From assembly GCA_965215015.1 (NCBI GenBank), contig OZ244042.1, positions 4,640,001-4,704,000 of the forward strand: a stretch of DNA of 64,000 nucleotides. The letters are read 5' to 3'. Made by a program: the position numbers and the translations under genes. A model generated the notes under the pieces. It searched no databases and was not told the DNA's origin. It was given only the letters and a program-made list of their open reading frames with translations. Source of the DNA: Candidatus Poribacteria bacterium. Its GTDB lineage: Bacteria; Poribacteria; WGA-4E; PCPOR2b. Shown one piece after another: positions 41,445 to 53,542 of the stretch (position 1 is the stretch's first letter; the number at the start of each line of letters is the position of its first letter).

Positions 41445-41547
41445 TATCATATAGGACCTAATTTAACCCAAATACGGAAAGCCTAACAAATCAAATCTGA
41501 AATGGAAATGCCGTGCAAACCGTAAACCACTTATTTCATATGTTAGA

Positions 41548-42273
41548 ATGATGAAAAGGAAAAAAGAAAACTATTTTAGGTCGGAAGCAGATTTAGGTCG
41601 GAAGCAGAAAAAATTTACGGTGAAGTAAAAGGTCCATATAACCAAACGAGTATTAAAAAAAGAATCGAAGCACTTTTTCTTGATAATCTCGGAAGGATTC
41701 TATTGAGAGAACAAATCATCGAAGCCGCTAGAGACCCGATAACCCAAAAGGATCCTGAAAATTGGCACCAGAGATTATCAGAGTTACGCACCGATGATGA
41801 ATACACAATTTTATCATGGCGCAATCGAGGTGAATTTAAAAATCCAAGAATACCTGATGCCTACCTCTGAGAAAAGGCAACAAATCAACAGGAGGGTTCG
41901 TCCACATGACAAAGTATGGTTACAGATATTGGAAAAGGCGAACTACTCTTGTGAATGGGTTGAGGATGGTATTCGGTGCGGGCTTGAAGACGGGCAAATA
42001 GATCCGATCGGAGGAGGCACCGTAAAACTGACACCAGACCATAAGTCACCACATTCTATAAACATTGAAACGGATCCAGACGATCCCAATCAATGGAGAG
42101 TCTTATGTGGGCGACATCAAGTTATGAAAAAGAACTTTTGGGATGGTAGCACGGGTAAAATCAATGTTTACGCTATTGTCCAAGCCGCAAGTGAACAGGA
42201 AAAACGGAATGTTTTCTCTTTTTTAGCCCAGTATTTTGGGTATCAAATTGATGACGAGAAATTGGAGGAGTAG
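41548..42273 (+). pseudogene. KpnI-like HNH type II restriction endonuclease, disrupted
   Basis: Reconstructed RIEALFLDNLG..ENWHQRLSELRTD..YTILSWR..ANYSCEW..IDPIGGGTVKLTPDH..LCGRHQVMKKNFWD closely resembles R.KpnI as I recall it; 17-bp tandem duplication at 41575-41608 and +1 frameshift at ~41835. Confidence 0.8.
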
Positions 42274-42275
42274 GC

Positions 42276-43060
42276 ATGACTCAAATGACTTTCGCGGAAC
42301 TCGATACAGTCAGGCGCAATAACGGAGCCAAAAAGGGAAATGCTGTCATACTACCACCGATGGGTATATTTGAATCCATTGAATTAATAAAATCAACTAG
42401 CATTAAGCCGCGTGTCACAATGCTTGACCCGTGGTATAACAAAGGTTTTGGAGAAATAAGAACTGATTACAATGATTTTGTTATATCCATACTCGAAGCA
42501 CTGATTGGTATCTCTGATCATGTATTTTTGTGGGGTTTTCCTGAAATTATAGCTCAGTATTTCAATCGTATACCGACTGAATATCAGCTTGTTGCGTGGC
42601 TCACTTGGTACTATAAGAATAATCCATCTGTCATCCGAGGCTGGCGATCGAGTCAGAATGCTTGCTTGCATCTTTCTCAAGGTGATGCAAAGCTATACCC
42701 CGAACATTTCTTGAATGACGCGCAAAAAGAAAAGCTAAGTGCAGGAAAGCTAAGATATATGAAGCCTCCTTATTGGTAGGCTTTGTAGGCAGAGATGAGC
42801 AGACAGGGCATCCATCTCAAAAACCGTTAAAAGTATATGAGCCACTTTTCTTCATGACGACAAAAGAAGATGATTTGATTTATGATCCCATGTGTGGGTC
42901 CGGTACTACGGGCGCGTTTGCATTAAAACATAAAAGGAGCGCAATTTTATCAGACATCAACGAGGAATATATTTCTATCGTTGAGTCGAGGCTTCTAGAA
43001 AAGAGAATTCAGTCTAACCGGACATTGCCCTCAACGTTTACCACTATGTTACAAGCATGA
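42276..43060 (+). pseudogene. Beta-class amino-methyltransferase of the R-M pair, frameshifted
   Basis: Motif IV DPWY in ORF 42276-42779; HPSQKP and DPMCGSGT in ORF 42773-43060; frame break at ~42760. Confidence 0.8.
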
Positions 43061-43110
43061 GTGAACCTATGATTCGTAGTTGAAAGTTAATAAAAAAAAG
43101 AGGAATTGAA

Positions 43111-43878
43111 ATGGTAAGAGAAGATGGGCGCAAGTCGAGTCAGATGCGCCCGACCCGTATCGTTCGGAATTACATTAAACACCCAGAAGGATCTGTCTTA
43201 ATTGCTGTCGGTGATACAAAAGTTGTTTGTACGGCATCGGTCGAGGAGGCACAACCGCGTTTCATGCGTGAACAACGCCGCCGCAATCGAGGCTGGGTCA
43301 CCGCGGAGTATTCAATGCTGCCCCGTTCTACCTCCGACCGGATGCGGCGTGAAGTCACCCGTGGGTCGCTTGGCGGTAGAACGCAGGAAATTCAACGACT
43401 CATCGGTAGATCTTTAAGGGCGGTTGTAGATTTCAAAGCCCTTGGTGAACGTACAATCTGGATCGATTGTGACGTTATCCAAGCGGACGGCGGCACACGC
43501 ACCGCGTCAATTACCGGCGCATTTATCGCGCTTTGGGATGCCTGTCAATGGCTGATGGATCGAAAGTTGATAACAACGATTCCGATCATTGAACATGTGG
43601 CAGCAACCAGCGTCGGCATTATTGATGGCACACCCATGCTAGACCTCTGTTACACGGAAGATTCTAGCGCTGATGTCGATATGAACGTTGTCATGACAGG
43701 CGCGGGGAAATTCGTTGAGATTCAAGGCACTGCGGAAGAAACTCCGTTTTCAAAGGAGCAATCGGATCAGCTGCTCGATCTAGCGATCCGCGGTATTGAA
43801 CAACTAATCCGCCTTCAAAAACAGATAATTATTGAGAATAGAGATGAAGTTAGTATTGGCAACCCGGAATCAGGGTAA
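43111..43878 (+). CDS. rph: Ribonuclease PH
   Basis: [22 protein letters not shown] and [18 protein letters not shown]. Confidence 0.97.
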   Translation: MVREDGRKSSQMRPTRIVRNYIKHPEGSVLIAVGDTKVVCTASVEEAQPRFMREQRRRNRGWVTAEYSMLPRSTSDRMRREVTRGSLGGRTQEIQRLIGRSLRAVVDFKALGERTIWIDCDVIQADGGTRTASITGAFIALWDACQWLMDRKLITTIPIIEHVAATSVGIIDGTPMLDLCYTEDSSADVDMNVVMTGAGKFVEIQGTAEETPFSKEQSDQLLDLAIRGIEQLIRLQKQIIIENRDEVSIGNPESG

Positions 43879-44449
43879 AGTACGAGAAATCAGCAAAATA
43901 CTTAAATCCCAAAACGGAATTGAACTTTTGTCAATCCGTAATTACCCAGACGCACCAGAGGTCGTTGAAGATGGCAAAACTTATGAGGAGAACGCTAGCA
44001 AAAAAGCTTCTGCTCTTGCCGAATACACCGGACATTTAACCATCGCCGATGACTCCGGTTTGGAGGTAGATGCACTTGACGGAGCACCCGGTGTCCATTC
44101 CGCACGCTATGCCGGCGAAAACGCCTCAGATCAAGACCGTATTGTCAAATTACTTGCCGCGCTTCAGAATACTCCTGATGACCGGCGGTTAGGACGTTTC
44201 ATCTGTGCTGTGGCTATTGCTGAACCTCTCTCTCAAGCACAGGTCGTCCGGGGTGTCTGTGAGGGTCGAATCATTCGCAGGCCGCGTGGGAGGAGTGGCT
44301 TTGGATACGATCCAGTTTTCGTCCCCGTGGGCTATGACAAAACCTTTGCGGAATTGGGCGACGGAATTAAGAGTCAGATTAGCCACCGTGCACAGGCGTT
44401 GGGCGAAGCGAGAAAATTATTAAGTAAGATGAACTTTGCGAAGTTTTAA
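43844..44449 (+). CDS. rdgB: dITP/XTP pyrophosphatase
   Basis: ATRNQGK, ADDSGL, PGVHSAR, GFGYDP and SHRA. Confidence 0.95.
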   Translation: MKLVLATRNQGKVREISKILKSQNGIELLSIRNYPDAPEVVEDGKTYEENASKKASALAEYTGHLTIADDSGLEVDALDGAPGVHSARYAGENASDQDRIVKLLAALQNTPDDRRLGRFICAVAIAEPLSQAQVVRGVCEGRIIRRPRGRSGFGYDPVFVPVGYDKTFAELGDGIKSQISHRAQALGEARKLLSKMNFAKF

Positions 44450-44458
44450 GAACCCTCT

Positions 44459-45400
44459 ATGAAAGCCCCTGCCGCAAACATCCGCCCCCGAAAAGCCTCT
44501 ATACTCATCCCCGTTCTAGTTATCATTCCACTGATAGGGATCGGACTCTACGTTGTCCCCAACCTGTTTGATACCACTCCACCGCTCCTGACAGTGAGTG
44601 GTGTGGAAAAGGATAAACACTATCGTGGCTCTCTGACACTTAGTGTTGCCGCAATGGACGAAAACTCCGGCTTGGGCTCGTTGAGTGTGCAAATCGATGG
44701 TGGCCCCCCGAACCTCTTGAGTTTCGTCGAAGAAGCCTGCACCTTTTGAACACTGCAAACTACTGCATTCGCCGATGGGCCGCACACGATTTCCGTAACG
44801 GCGACGGATGGTTCTTGGCACAAAAATCAGACGGAGTACACACTTCCGTTTTATATCGACAACACCCCGCCATCGCTTCATGTCCCCCCGGAAACGCTTC
44901 GCGTTGGACAAGGCAGAACGCTCGCACTTTTTCTTCAAACGGATGAACCGCTTGCAGAGATCCGGGGAAACCTCTTTGATAAAGTGGTCGTCTTCTATCC
45001 GATGGGCTTAGAGAACCTTTACTGCAGTTTCCTTGGTATCAGCGTGACATCTGCTGTCCGAAACTATCCACCCACGGTAAACGCGACAGATTTAGTCGGC
45101 AATGAGGCGGAGCAAACATTTCAGGTGGAGGTCATTAAAACCGTCTTTGCACGGGGGGTTACATTACCCTCTCCCCCGAACAACAGCGAGTCATGATGGA
45201 CAAATCTAAAAGCCTAGAGGATAATGCAAAACGCGGTGTAGCGTACGCAAAAGCGGACCGGGAAACTGAACAGCTTTGGGAAGGAAAGTTCATTCGTCCT
45301 ACGGAAGGTCAACTGACATCGCCTTTTGGGAAGTACCGCGAATACAATAACGAGATTTCTCATCCTCGGAAATTGAGAGATTGTCTCTTCCAAATAGGGA
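44459..45400 (+). pseudogene. M23 peptidase precursor, multiply frameshifted and truncated before the catalytic motif
   Basis: TM anchor, DTTPP Ig-like units, GQGRTL and LWEGKFIRPTEGQLTSPFGKYREYN, then loss of HxGxD; frame breaks at ~44745-44770 and ~45155. Confidence 0.75.
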
Positions 45401-45406
45401 ACAAAG

Positions 45407-45961
45407 ATGAGTCAATTGATTCAACTTGAACAGATTGTACCCAGCACAGTCTGCCTGTCATGCGATGTTTGCTGCCGGTTCATGGAACAAGACAGTTTCC
45501 TCGCACCTATCTTCACCCAAGCTGAAATGAAACAGGCGATTGCTAACGGGGTGGCGGCGAATTTCTTCCGCCCCACGGCAGATGGGAAAAGCACACAGGT
45601 TAAATTGATACTAAATGGGGATATGTACATCTGTCCCTGCTTTAATCCTGAAACAAGTGAGTGCACAATCTACCCGATTCGTCCGATGGACTGCCAGATC
45701 TATCCTTTCGCTCTGATGTACAATCGAGACCAAACGCAAGTTGTCCTAGGCATTGACATGACCTGCCCTTACGGCGAGGCGGAAATCCAGACAGAGGCGT
45801 TCCAACGCTATATTGACTACATGGCGGCCTATCTGGAATCGGACTCGATTGTTGAAACTATTGCTGTAAACTGGCAGCTCATTGGCCCCTATCAGGAGAC
45901 GGTGGTAATTGTCCGTGCCCTGGAAAAGTTGACGTCGGCAAGGACGAAAAACAGATGTTGA
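45407..45961 (+). CDS. YkgJ-family cysteine-cluster protein
   Basis: CLSCDVCC...CPCF....CTIYPIRPMDCQIYPF. Confidence 0.85.
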   Translation: MSQLIQLEQIVPSTVCLSCDVCCRFMEQDSFLAPIFTQAEMKQAIANGVAANFFRPTADGKSTQVKLILNGDMYICPCFNPETSECTIYPIRPMDCQIYPFALMYNRDQTQVVLGIDMTCPYGEAEIQTEAFQRYIDYMAAYLESDSIVETIAVNWQLIGPYQETVVIVRALEKLTSARTKNRC

Positions 45962-46001
45962 ATTAATCGGAGGAAAAATCGAACTCAAAAAGGAGAAAAA
46001 T

Positions 46002-46805
46002 ATGGCAAAAGTGCCGTGCCGTTTGGCGGCCTTGGATTTAGATGGGACACTGCTAAACGACGAACACGCTGTGACAAATCGGAGTTGCGAAGCCCTCCAA
46101 AAATTATCAGCGCAAGGTGTTGTAGTCGTGCTGATTTCGGGGAGGATGCATCGAGCTATCTTGCCGATAAGCGATCAGATTGGGTTGGAAAATCCAATAA
46201 TTTCATACAACGGTGGGATGGTCAAACACCCTCGAACGGGAGAAATAATACATCATACCCCCATTCCGGCGGCAGCCGCAACGGCGTTGGTCAAATATGG
46301 AGATCAGGAGGGGTTACATCTTAACTTCTGTTTGAATGATCAACTGTTCATCAAGGAACACAATCAATGGAGTGAGCTATATAAGCAGAGAACGGGGGTT
46401 CCGGCAACGGCACTCGGAAATCTTCACGAGTTAGATGGGCAAGAACCTACGAAGATGCAGATTTTGGATACACCTGAAAAAATTAATATACTTCTTACTG
46501 AGTGTAAAACCGAGTTTGGTGAGCGATTATATGTCACGCGGACTCAGGTCGAATACATTGAGTTTATGAATCCACAGGTATCGAAAGGGCGAGCGTTGCA
46601 AGCCCTTGCGGATCAACTCGACATCCCCAATAATCTGATTGTTACATTTGGCGATGGGTACAACGATGAGAGTATGATGAAAATTGCCGGTTTCCGGATC
46701 GCCATGGGAAATTCTGTTGACGAAATTAAAGCTACCGCAGATTACACAACAGACACCAACGAGAACGATGGAGTCGCCCTAGCAGTTGAGCAACTTCTGC
46801 TTTGA
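46002..46805 (+). CDS. Cof-type HAD-IIB hydrolase
   Basis: DLDGTLL, SGR, SKG and FGDGYND. Confidence 0.93.
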   Translation: MAKVPCRLAALDLDGTLLNDEHAVTNRSCEALQKLSAQGVVVVLISGRMHRAILPISDQIGLENPIISYNGGMVKHPRTGEIIHHTPIPAAAATALVKYGDQEGLHLNFCLNDQLFIKEHNQWSELYKQRTGVPATALGNLHELDGQEPTKMQILDTPEKINILLTECKTEFGERLYVTRTQVEYIEFMNPQVSKGRALQALADQLDIPNNLIVTFGDGYNDESMMKIAGFRIAMGNSVDEIKATADYTTDTNENDGVALAVEQLLL

Positions 46806-46826
46806 ATATGGTGTAAATTGTCTTGA

Positions 46827-47102
46827 TTACGCTTGTATGGGATGGCGGACTTTCGTTCCGAGGACTGGGATATTTGCAACAAGGGCCATTGAGTCTTGCT
46901 CTCGTTCAAGCTCCATTTCGACTTGCTCTCGCTGGAGTATAAAATACTTTGACAGAACCTCGGTCAGTTCTGCTTGTAGGCTTTCCATAATCTCCTCATC
47001 AATCCCAGTCCGATCTTGGACGAGGATGAGTTGTAGCCGACTTTTCGCAACACTTTTGCTCTGCTGCTCCCGATTCAGTAACTGCATTAACCGTCTGAAC
47101 AT
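46827..47102 (-). CDS. minE: Cell division topological specificity factor MinE
   Basis: SKSVAKSRLQLILVQDR..VLSKY..LVANIP; AGGAGG RBS before ATG 47102. Confidence 0.9.
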   Translation of the reverse strand: MFRRLMQLLNREQQSKSVAKSRLQLILVQDRTGIDEEIMESLQAELTEVLSKYFILQREQVEMELEREQDSMALVANIPVLGTKVRHPIQA

Positions 47103-47115
47103 TTGTTTCCTCCTT

Positions 47116-47910
47116 TTAGCTCCAGGTGAACAGTTTGCCAAACCAGGTGCCGAGCAAACCTGCCGACTTAAACTCTGGGATTGGAATATCTTCCCCCTCA
47201 AGCCTTTGTGCGATACGCTTGTAAGCCTGCCCTGCGTCGGACTTATGATTATAGGCTGACGGCATTCCTCGGTTCGTTGAAACAACAATTTCCTTATCAT
47301 CTGGGATAACCCCAATCAGATCGATGGACAAAATGTCCGTGACATCCGTTGGCTCCATCATATCCCCTGTCTTGACCATGTCTGGTGCAAGTCGATTGAT
47401 GATAAGGTACATGTCGTCAATATTCATGTTCTGCAATAAGCCGATGATTCTATCCGCATCCCTGACCGATGCAACTTCTGGCGTTGTTAGGATAAGTGCT
47501 TCATCGGCACCCGCTGCTGCGTTTTGAAATCCCTGCTCGATCCCAGCAGGTGAATCAACAAGAACATAGTCGTGCATCTCTTTCAGCTCAAGGCAGAGTT
47601 TTTTCATCTGTTCCGGCTGAATATCGCTTTTGTTATTTTTCTGAGAAGCTGCAAGCAGATAGAGGTCTTTTGTCCGTCGATCTTTAACCAACGCTTGTTC
47701 AAGCTCACAAACGCCTTCGAGGACATCCATTGATGTATATACGACGCGGCTTTCCAGTCCCATAATGACGTCCAGATTTCTCAATCCGACATCCGCGTCA
47801 ACGACAACGACCTTCCTATCGAGCACGGCTAGGGCCGTTCCAAGATTCGCCGTGGAAGTGCTTTTACCAACACCGCCTTTACCAGACGTAACGACGATCA
47901 CTTTTCCCAT
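47116..47910 (-). CDS. minD: Septum site-determining protein MinD
   Basis: SGKGGVGKST, DVGLRNLD, DSPAGIE and C-terminal amphipathic helix. Confidence 0.97.
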   Translation of the reverse strand: MGKVIVVTSGKGGVGKSTSTANLGTALAVLDRKVVVVDADVGLRNLDVIMGLESRVVYTSMDVLEGVCELEQALVKDRRTKDLYLLAASQKNNKSDIQPEQMKKLCLELKEMHDYVLVDSPAGIEQGFQNAAAGADEALILTTPEVASVRDADRIIGLLQNMNIDDMYLIINRLAPDMVKTGDMMEPTDVTDILSIDLIGVIPDDKEIVVSTNRGMPSAYNHKSDAGQAYKRIAQRLEGEDIPIPEFKSAGLLGTWFGKLFTWS

Positions 47911-48167
47911 TTGTTCGTTGTCCTTTCTTCACAAAAGTTTCGATATCGTACCAATTCTGATTGATAACCATGCTTGAATACCTGTCCTCTGGTAGGTCCT
48001 TGCTTTAGATAGTAACCATCTCTAACCACCGTTCGGCTAACAGACTCGATATCCCAGGGCAAGCTGCCGGTGAGCGATAATGCTTTATCACGATTCGGAA
48101 ATTCACAAAACTGAAAAACGGTGAGAGGAGTCTATATTCGTTTGTATCTTTCTAATTTTAACTAGAG

Positions 48168-48854
48168 TTAATCGAATTCTTCGACGATAATGGCATCTTC
48201 TAGAACGCGTGCGATTTCTGCTCTCTGGTGCCGGCGTCGTTGTTCAGCAGGGGCACGGGTGATAAAACGTCCAATTCTCAACTGAGTCGGTAACAGATTC
48301 AGTGCAAAAATTATTGATGATGTATTACCGAGCGCACCCGCATGAGCAACGCCGCGTAATGTACCAAGGACAATAATATCTCCGGCGGCAACCACTTCCG
48401 CTCCCGGATTCACATCGCCCAGAATGACCATATTTCCTTCTAACGCGCGTTCTGCCTGTCCAGAACGTAGTGTATGACGGATAAATAGTGTCTCTTCACG
48501 CGGCGGAGCAACTTGATTATAAACATGCTCTTCCCCATGGAGTGCTGGTACCCCTGCAATCTGAGGTTCTTTCGCTCCTTTTGGTTCATCGTAGGAGTCA
48601 CCAATGATTTGCTTCACTTCGAGTCCATAGCTTTCGTTCAATAAATTTTTAAGGTGAATTAATTCTATATCATCTAACGATCGGCTTCCGAGATCGATAT
48701 TCATTGTCAAACCTGACAACGAATCCCCTAAGTTTGCCATTCGCTCTACAATTGCCCGCTCGATCCGTTCCATTGAGGCTTCCGGATTAATAATCAGACG
48801 CATACCATCGCGGAAGCCCTTGAGTTCAACGGTTGGACGTGATTCGTTCTGCAT
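48168..48854 (-). CDS. minC: Septum site-determining protein MinC
   Basis: TLRSGQ, GDVNPGAEVVAAGDIIVLGTLRGVAHAG. Confidence 0.95.
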   Translation of the reverse strand: MQNESRPTVELKGFRDGMRLIINPEASMERIERAIVERMANLGDSLSGLTMNIDLGSRSLDDIELIHLKNLLNESYGLEVKQIIGDSYDEPKGAKEPQIAGVPALHGEEHVYNQVAPPREETLFIRHTLRSGQAERALEGNMVILGDVNPGAEVVAAGDIIVLGTLRGVAHAGALGNTSSIIFALNLLPTQLRIGRFITRAPAEQRRRHQRAEIARVLEDAIIVEEFD

Positions 48855-48887
48855 TTCATCCCTCTTATGAAATAATAGCCCTCAAAT

Positions 48888-50162
48888 CTAGTTTTCAATT
48901 TTTGCCAAAACGTAGGGACCGTCAGGAAGCACAGCAATTTGGGCATCAGCTCCATGTTTGGAAAGGACGCGTTTAATCCCTTCTTCGGGGCTGCGGATCG
49001 GCTGCACAAATAGGTCTTTCAGTTGGTCATAGGGTATACCATCGGCATAACAGTAGATTTCGGCTTTTTTCGCAGCTTTCGCCAACTCCTCCAGTTGCCA
49101 TTGGTCAATGACAAAGTTTGCCGGGTCGTGGATATCGTGAATAAACTGCTTCAAATCTTTTGTTTTTAAAATTAAATCGGTGAAAGGGCCGCTTCCAATT
49201 CCTTGGCTGCATTCCGCAACTAGAATAATGCTCCCATTCGGTTTTACAATTTCTACCGCTGCCAGCATTCCCTTGACTGCTTGATAGAACGTGGTATCAA
49301 GCGGATAACCTGCGCTTGACACAAGGACAGCGTCCACAGGCTGCGGCAATGTTACTTTTACCTGTTTTTCAACAAACCTGACACCTGCCAAATGAGATTC
49401 GACGATATCGCCAGCAAATATACCGGTCAGTCTGCGTTGGTCATCGATTGTGACGTTCACGTTAAAATCCACACCCGCCATCAAGGCAATCTCGGTGGCT
49501 TCGATATGAAGGGGGTTGCCTTCCAGGTTGCCGACCGAAGCCTTTGGGTGTTCGAGAATTTGGGGGCCGTGCAGCACTTTCATTGTCTCGATTGAAGCCA
49601 GTCCGGGGCAAATTGATTTACGGCCGCCGGAATATCCTGCCATCAGATGGGGTTCAATCAGAGCGGTCGTGACTTTCAAGTCTGATTCCAGATAGGTTTT
49701 ATCGATATAAACCGGGGCACCCCCTCGCGTTAAACCGAGATATTTATGCGTCTCGATCGCCTGAGAAAAATGGTTGACAATCCGATAGTTACTCATAATC
49801 TCGGTGCCGACCATTTCTTCGAGCTCTTTTCCTTCATTGGGGCGATGGATGCCTGTTGCAATCAGAATCGTGATTTTTTTACGTGGAATGCCGCTCGATT
49901 CCAATATTTGTAGGATTGGTGGAAGGATTAGCTTATTGGGAACGGGGCGCGTCACATCGGAAATGACAACGCAGGCGGAAGTCCGATCCTTCGCCAAGGC
50001 AGCTAGCGGCGCGGAGTGAATTGGGGACTCGATCGCGTCCCAAACTGCACGCTTCGGCCGCCCGATTGGGACAGATTTCTGGAGGGTCAACACGCCTGCC
50101 AAATTCTGCTGGGGAATGTCAACTTCCAATAGATCTCGTCCGTATTTCATACCAACTAGCAT
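48888..50162 (-). CDS. larA: Nickel-dependent lactate racemase family protein
   Basis: SDVTRP, ATGIHR, HLMAGYSGGRKSICPG and YQAVKG. Confidence 0.88.
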   Translation of the reverse strand: MLVGMKYGRDLLEVDIPQQNLAGVLTLQKSVPIGRPKRAVWDAIESPIHSAPLAALAKDRTSACVVISDVTRPVPNKLILPPILQILESSGIPRKKITILIATGIHRPNEGKELEEMVGTEIMSNYRIVNHFSQAIETHKYLGLTRGGAPVYIDKTYLESDLKVTTALIEPHLMAGYSGGRKSICPGLASIETMKVLHGPQILEHPKASVGNLEGNPLHIEATEIALMAGVDFNVNVTIDDQRRLTGIFAGDIVESHLAGVRFVEKQVKVTLPQPVDAVLVSSAGYPLDTTFYQAVKGMLAAVEIVKPNGSIILVAECSQGIGSGPFTDLILKTKDLKQFIHDIHDPANFVIDQWQLEELAKAAKKAEIYCYADGIPYDQLKDLFVQPIRSPEEGIKRVLSKHGADAQIAVLPDGPYVLAKIEN

Positions 50163-51653
50163 TAAAATTCACCTCAGTTTGCTGACTTCAAGTTAGGAGA
50201 CTTCATATAAACTTTACCATCATAACATTATAAACGAGATTCCGCCTTTGGTGCAAGTCTTTTTTTAGGGTCATTTAGTTTTCGTTTGTGGTATATTTCG
50301 CAAAGCACTCATCAGCCCGCATGGCATTTGAGACACACCTTCTCCCCAACCCCCTCCCGCATCCAATGGGACTGATTCTCAATCCATCCCTGTCCCCACC
50401 ACTCGGTGTCCCTTTTCAAGGGTCCGTTCTCACTGGGTGTGCATCGGTTGAGGTGGATGGAAAGGGGATGAGGCGTGCTTATCTCAGGAGGCGTGGCAAC
50501 CCCACACCGAATCTCTTGATGGAACGGCTTGGGGTGGGTCCCACAGGGACGCCATCATCCCGCCAAAGCACACACGGTCGCGCACAACTGAGACTGTGTA
50601 AGTCAAGTATCGGTCTTTACAATCCTGCCTTGGGTGTCAAAGCCCGAACGTCTCTCGGTGAAGATGGGGATTTCATCAGTCTGCTCATCCACTGCTTTTT
50701 GCACAATGGGCACCCCCAGGTGATGACTGACAACGTGGAACCGATGCCTCAGCGCGGCGGTGTGCCGGGCACCGCTGCCAAGCGTCTTGCCACCCATAAC
50801 GAGTGCCGGTCAAGACGGAAGACCGGCAGGCTTTGAAGAGGTTGGACGCCCCATGGGCTCAGCACCGTCTCCGCCTGTGCAATATCCACTCTCTTAAATA
50901 GGTTATGTAAGGTCACAGCACAGGGGGGGGGGTGGCGCGGGTCAAGCCGGGGGTTATGACTAAGGCGGGAGCATAGCCTGTCCCCATTGAGCAATAGTGC
51001 TCTAACTCCGATACCCACACAGAATCGCAGGCACCGAGGGGGCAAGAATTGTCCCTAGGAGGAGCATTTTCCCTTTTGCCTTGCGAGAATCCGGGGCTTC
51101 TGATAAAATGTCTATCAAGTGATATGACCGGGAAAGAGACTTTTCTCTGTTTGATTCAAGAACCTGTATGATGGTTAAGTCCGTTTTTTGAGGTACTCCC
51201 ACACCTAAAGGATTGGGACTCCTACCCGTTCCTTTAAGAGTCGAATTGTGCTATCAACACGGATAGCAAGCCTTTGCCCGTCTGACAACCGCTACGGCAA
51301 TGGACAACGCCCTGCCCATGGGGACCAATTGATCGGAACCCCTTTGGACAGCCATACCCTCCTGGAACATGTTGCCATCGCAGTATGGGAAAACCGCCTC
51401 GGCTTTTACCCCTGATGACCGTTTTCGGCAGGAGGTATGGCGATAAGGTCAATTATATACCAAAACGTTTTTGAAAACAAGAAAAACCCATGCAAAAGCA
51501 GGGGTGTTCCCCTAAACATAAATGTTTGGGGTTTAGACCGAAAGGATTTTTGATAAAGTTTGAAACGGGAAAAATGGGTCAAAATTTGAACCTTGACGAA
51601 TTGAGGGTTTGTGTGGAATAATTTTAGGCCCGTGTTAAAAATATGGAGGATAA

Positions 51654-52658
<1,005 letters not shown>

Positions 52659-52734
52659 TACGCGCAGCCAATCTCAATCTGTCCACACTTACACTGAATC
52701 TTGTTTCCGCTGTGTCACTCATACATAGGAGAAC

Positions 52735-53508
52735 ATGCGCATACCAATCATCGTCGGTAATTGGAAGCTTAACAAGACCATCAGTGAAGGGGTAACACTT
52801 GTTACAGAGCTTCGGTCATTGGTCACTGATGTCACCGATGTCGAAATCGTTGTCGCTCCCGTTTTCACTGGGCTCTCCGCAGTTGCAGGGGCACTAGCAG
52901 ACGGAGAGATTCGACTCGCAGCACAGGATGTTTTCTGGGAGAATAGCGGCGCATTTACGGGCGAAGTATCGCCGGGGATGCTCAAGGATGTTGGTTGCGA
53001 CTACGTGATCATCGGTCACTCTGAACGCCGGCAATATTTCGGTGAAACGAATGAAAATGTCAACCGCAAAGCCAAGGCAGCGCACGCCCACGGTTTGATA
53101 CCAATAATCTGTGCCGGTGAAAAGTTTGAGGAGCGGGAGGCTGGCAAAACTGAAGCGGTTGTCAAGAACTACCTTCTCAACGGGATTGCTGGGTTATCCG
53201 CAGATCAGATTGTGTCTACGGTGATTGCCTATGAACCTGTCTGGGCAATCGGAACGGGCCACAATGCAACCCCAGACCAAGCCCAAGAGGTCCATACGTT
53301 TATCAGGTCGGTTTTATCAGAAGTCTATTCGACTGATGTGGCATCGCAGGTCAGAATCCAGTATGGTGGCAGTGTTAAGCCGGATAATGCTGTCGAGTTA
53401 ATCGCGCAGCCTGATGTAGACGGCGCATTGGTCGGCACAGCGAGTTGGGAAGCGGAATCATTTGCCCAAATCGTCAAAGCTGCGTACGACGCTTTTTCAA
53501 TCAATTAA
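52735..53508 (+). CDS. tpiA: Triosephosphate isomerase
   Basis: [21 protein letters not shown] and YGGSV. Confidence 0.96.
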   Translation: MRIPIIVGNWKLNKTISEGVTLVTELRSLVTDVTDVEIVVAPVFTGLSAVAGALADGEIRLAAQDVFWENSGAFTGEVSPGMLKDVGCDYVIIGHSERRQYFGETNENVNRKAKAAHAHGLIPIICAGEKFEEREAGKTEAVVKNYLLNGIAGLSADQIVSTVIAYEPVWAIGTGHNATPDQAQEVHTFIRSVLSEVYSTDVASQVRIQYGGSVKPDNAVELIAQPDVDGALVGTASWEAESFAQIVKAAYDAFSIN

Positions 53509-53542
53509 AAATAAAAAATTATTACGAAAGTGAGGAACTATC

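Noticed and set aside
47103-47315. N-terminal extension of MinE in the ORF track
   Set aside because: It overlaps minD; a strong RBS supports ATG 47102
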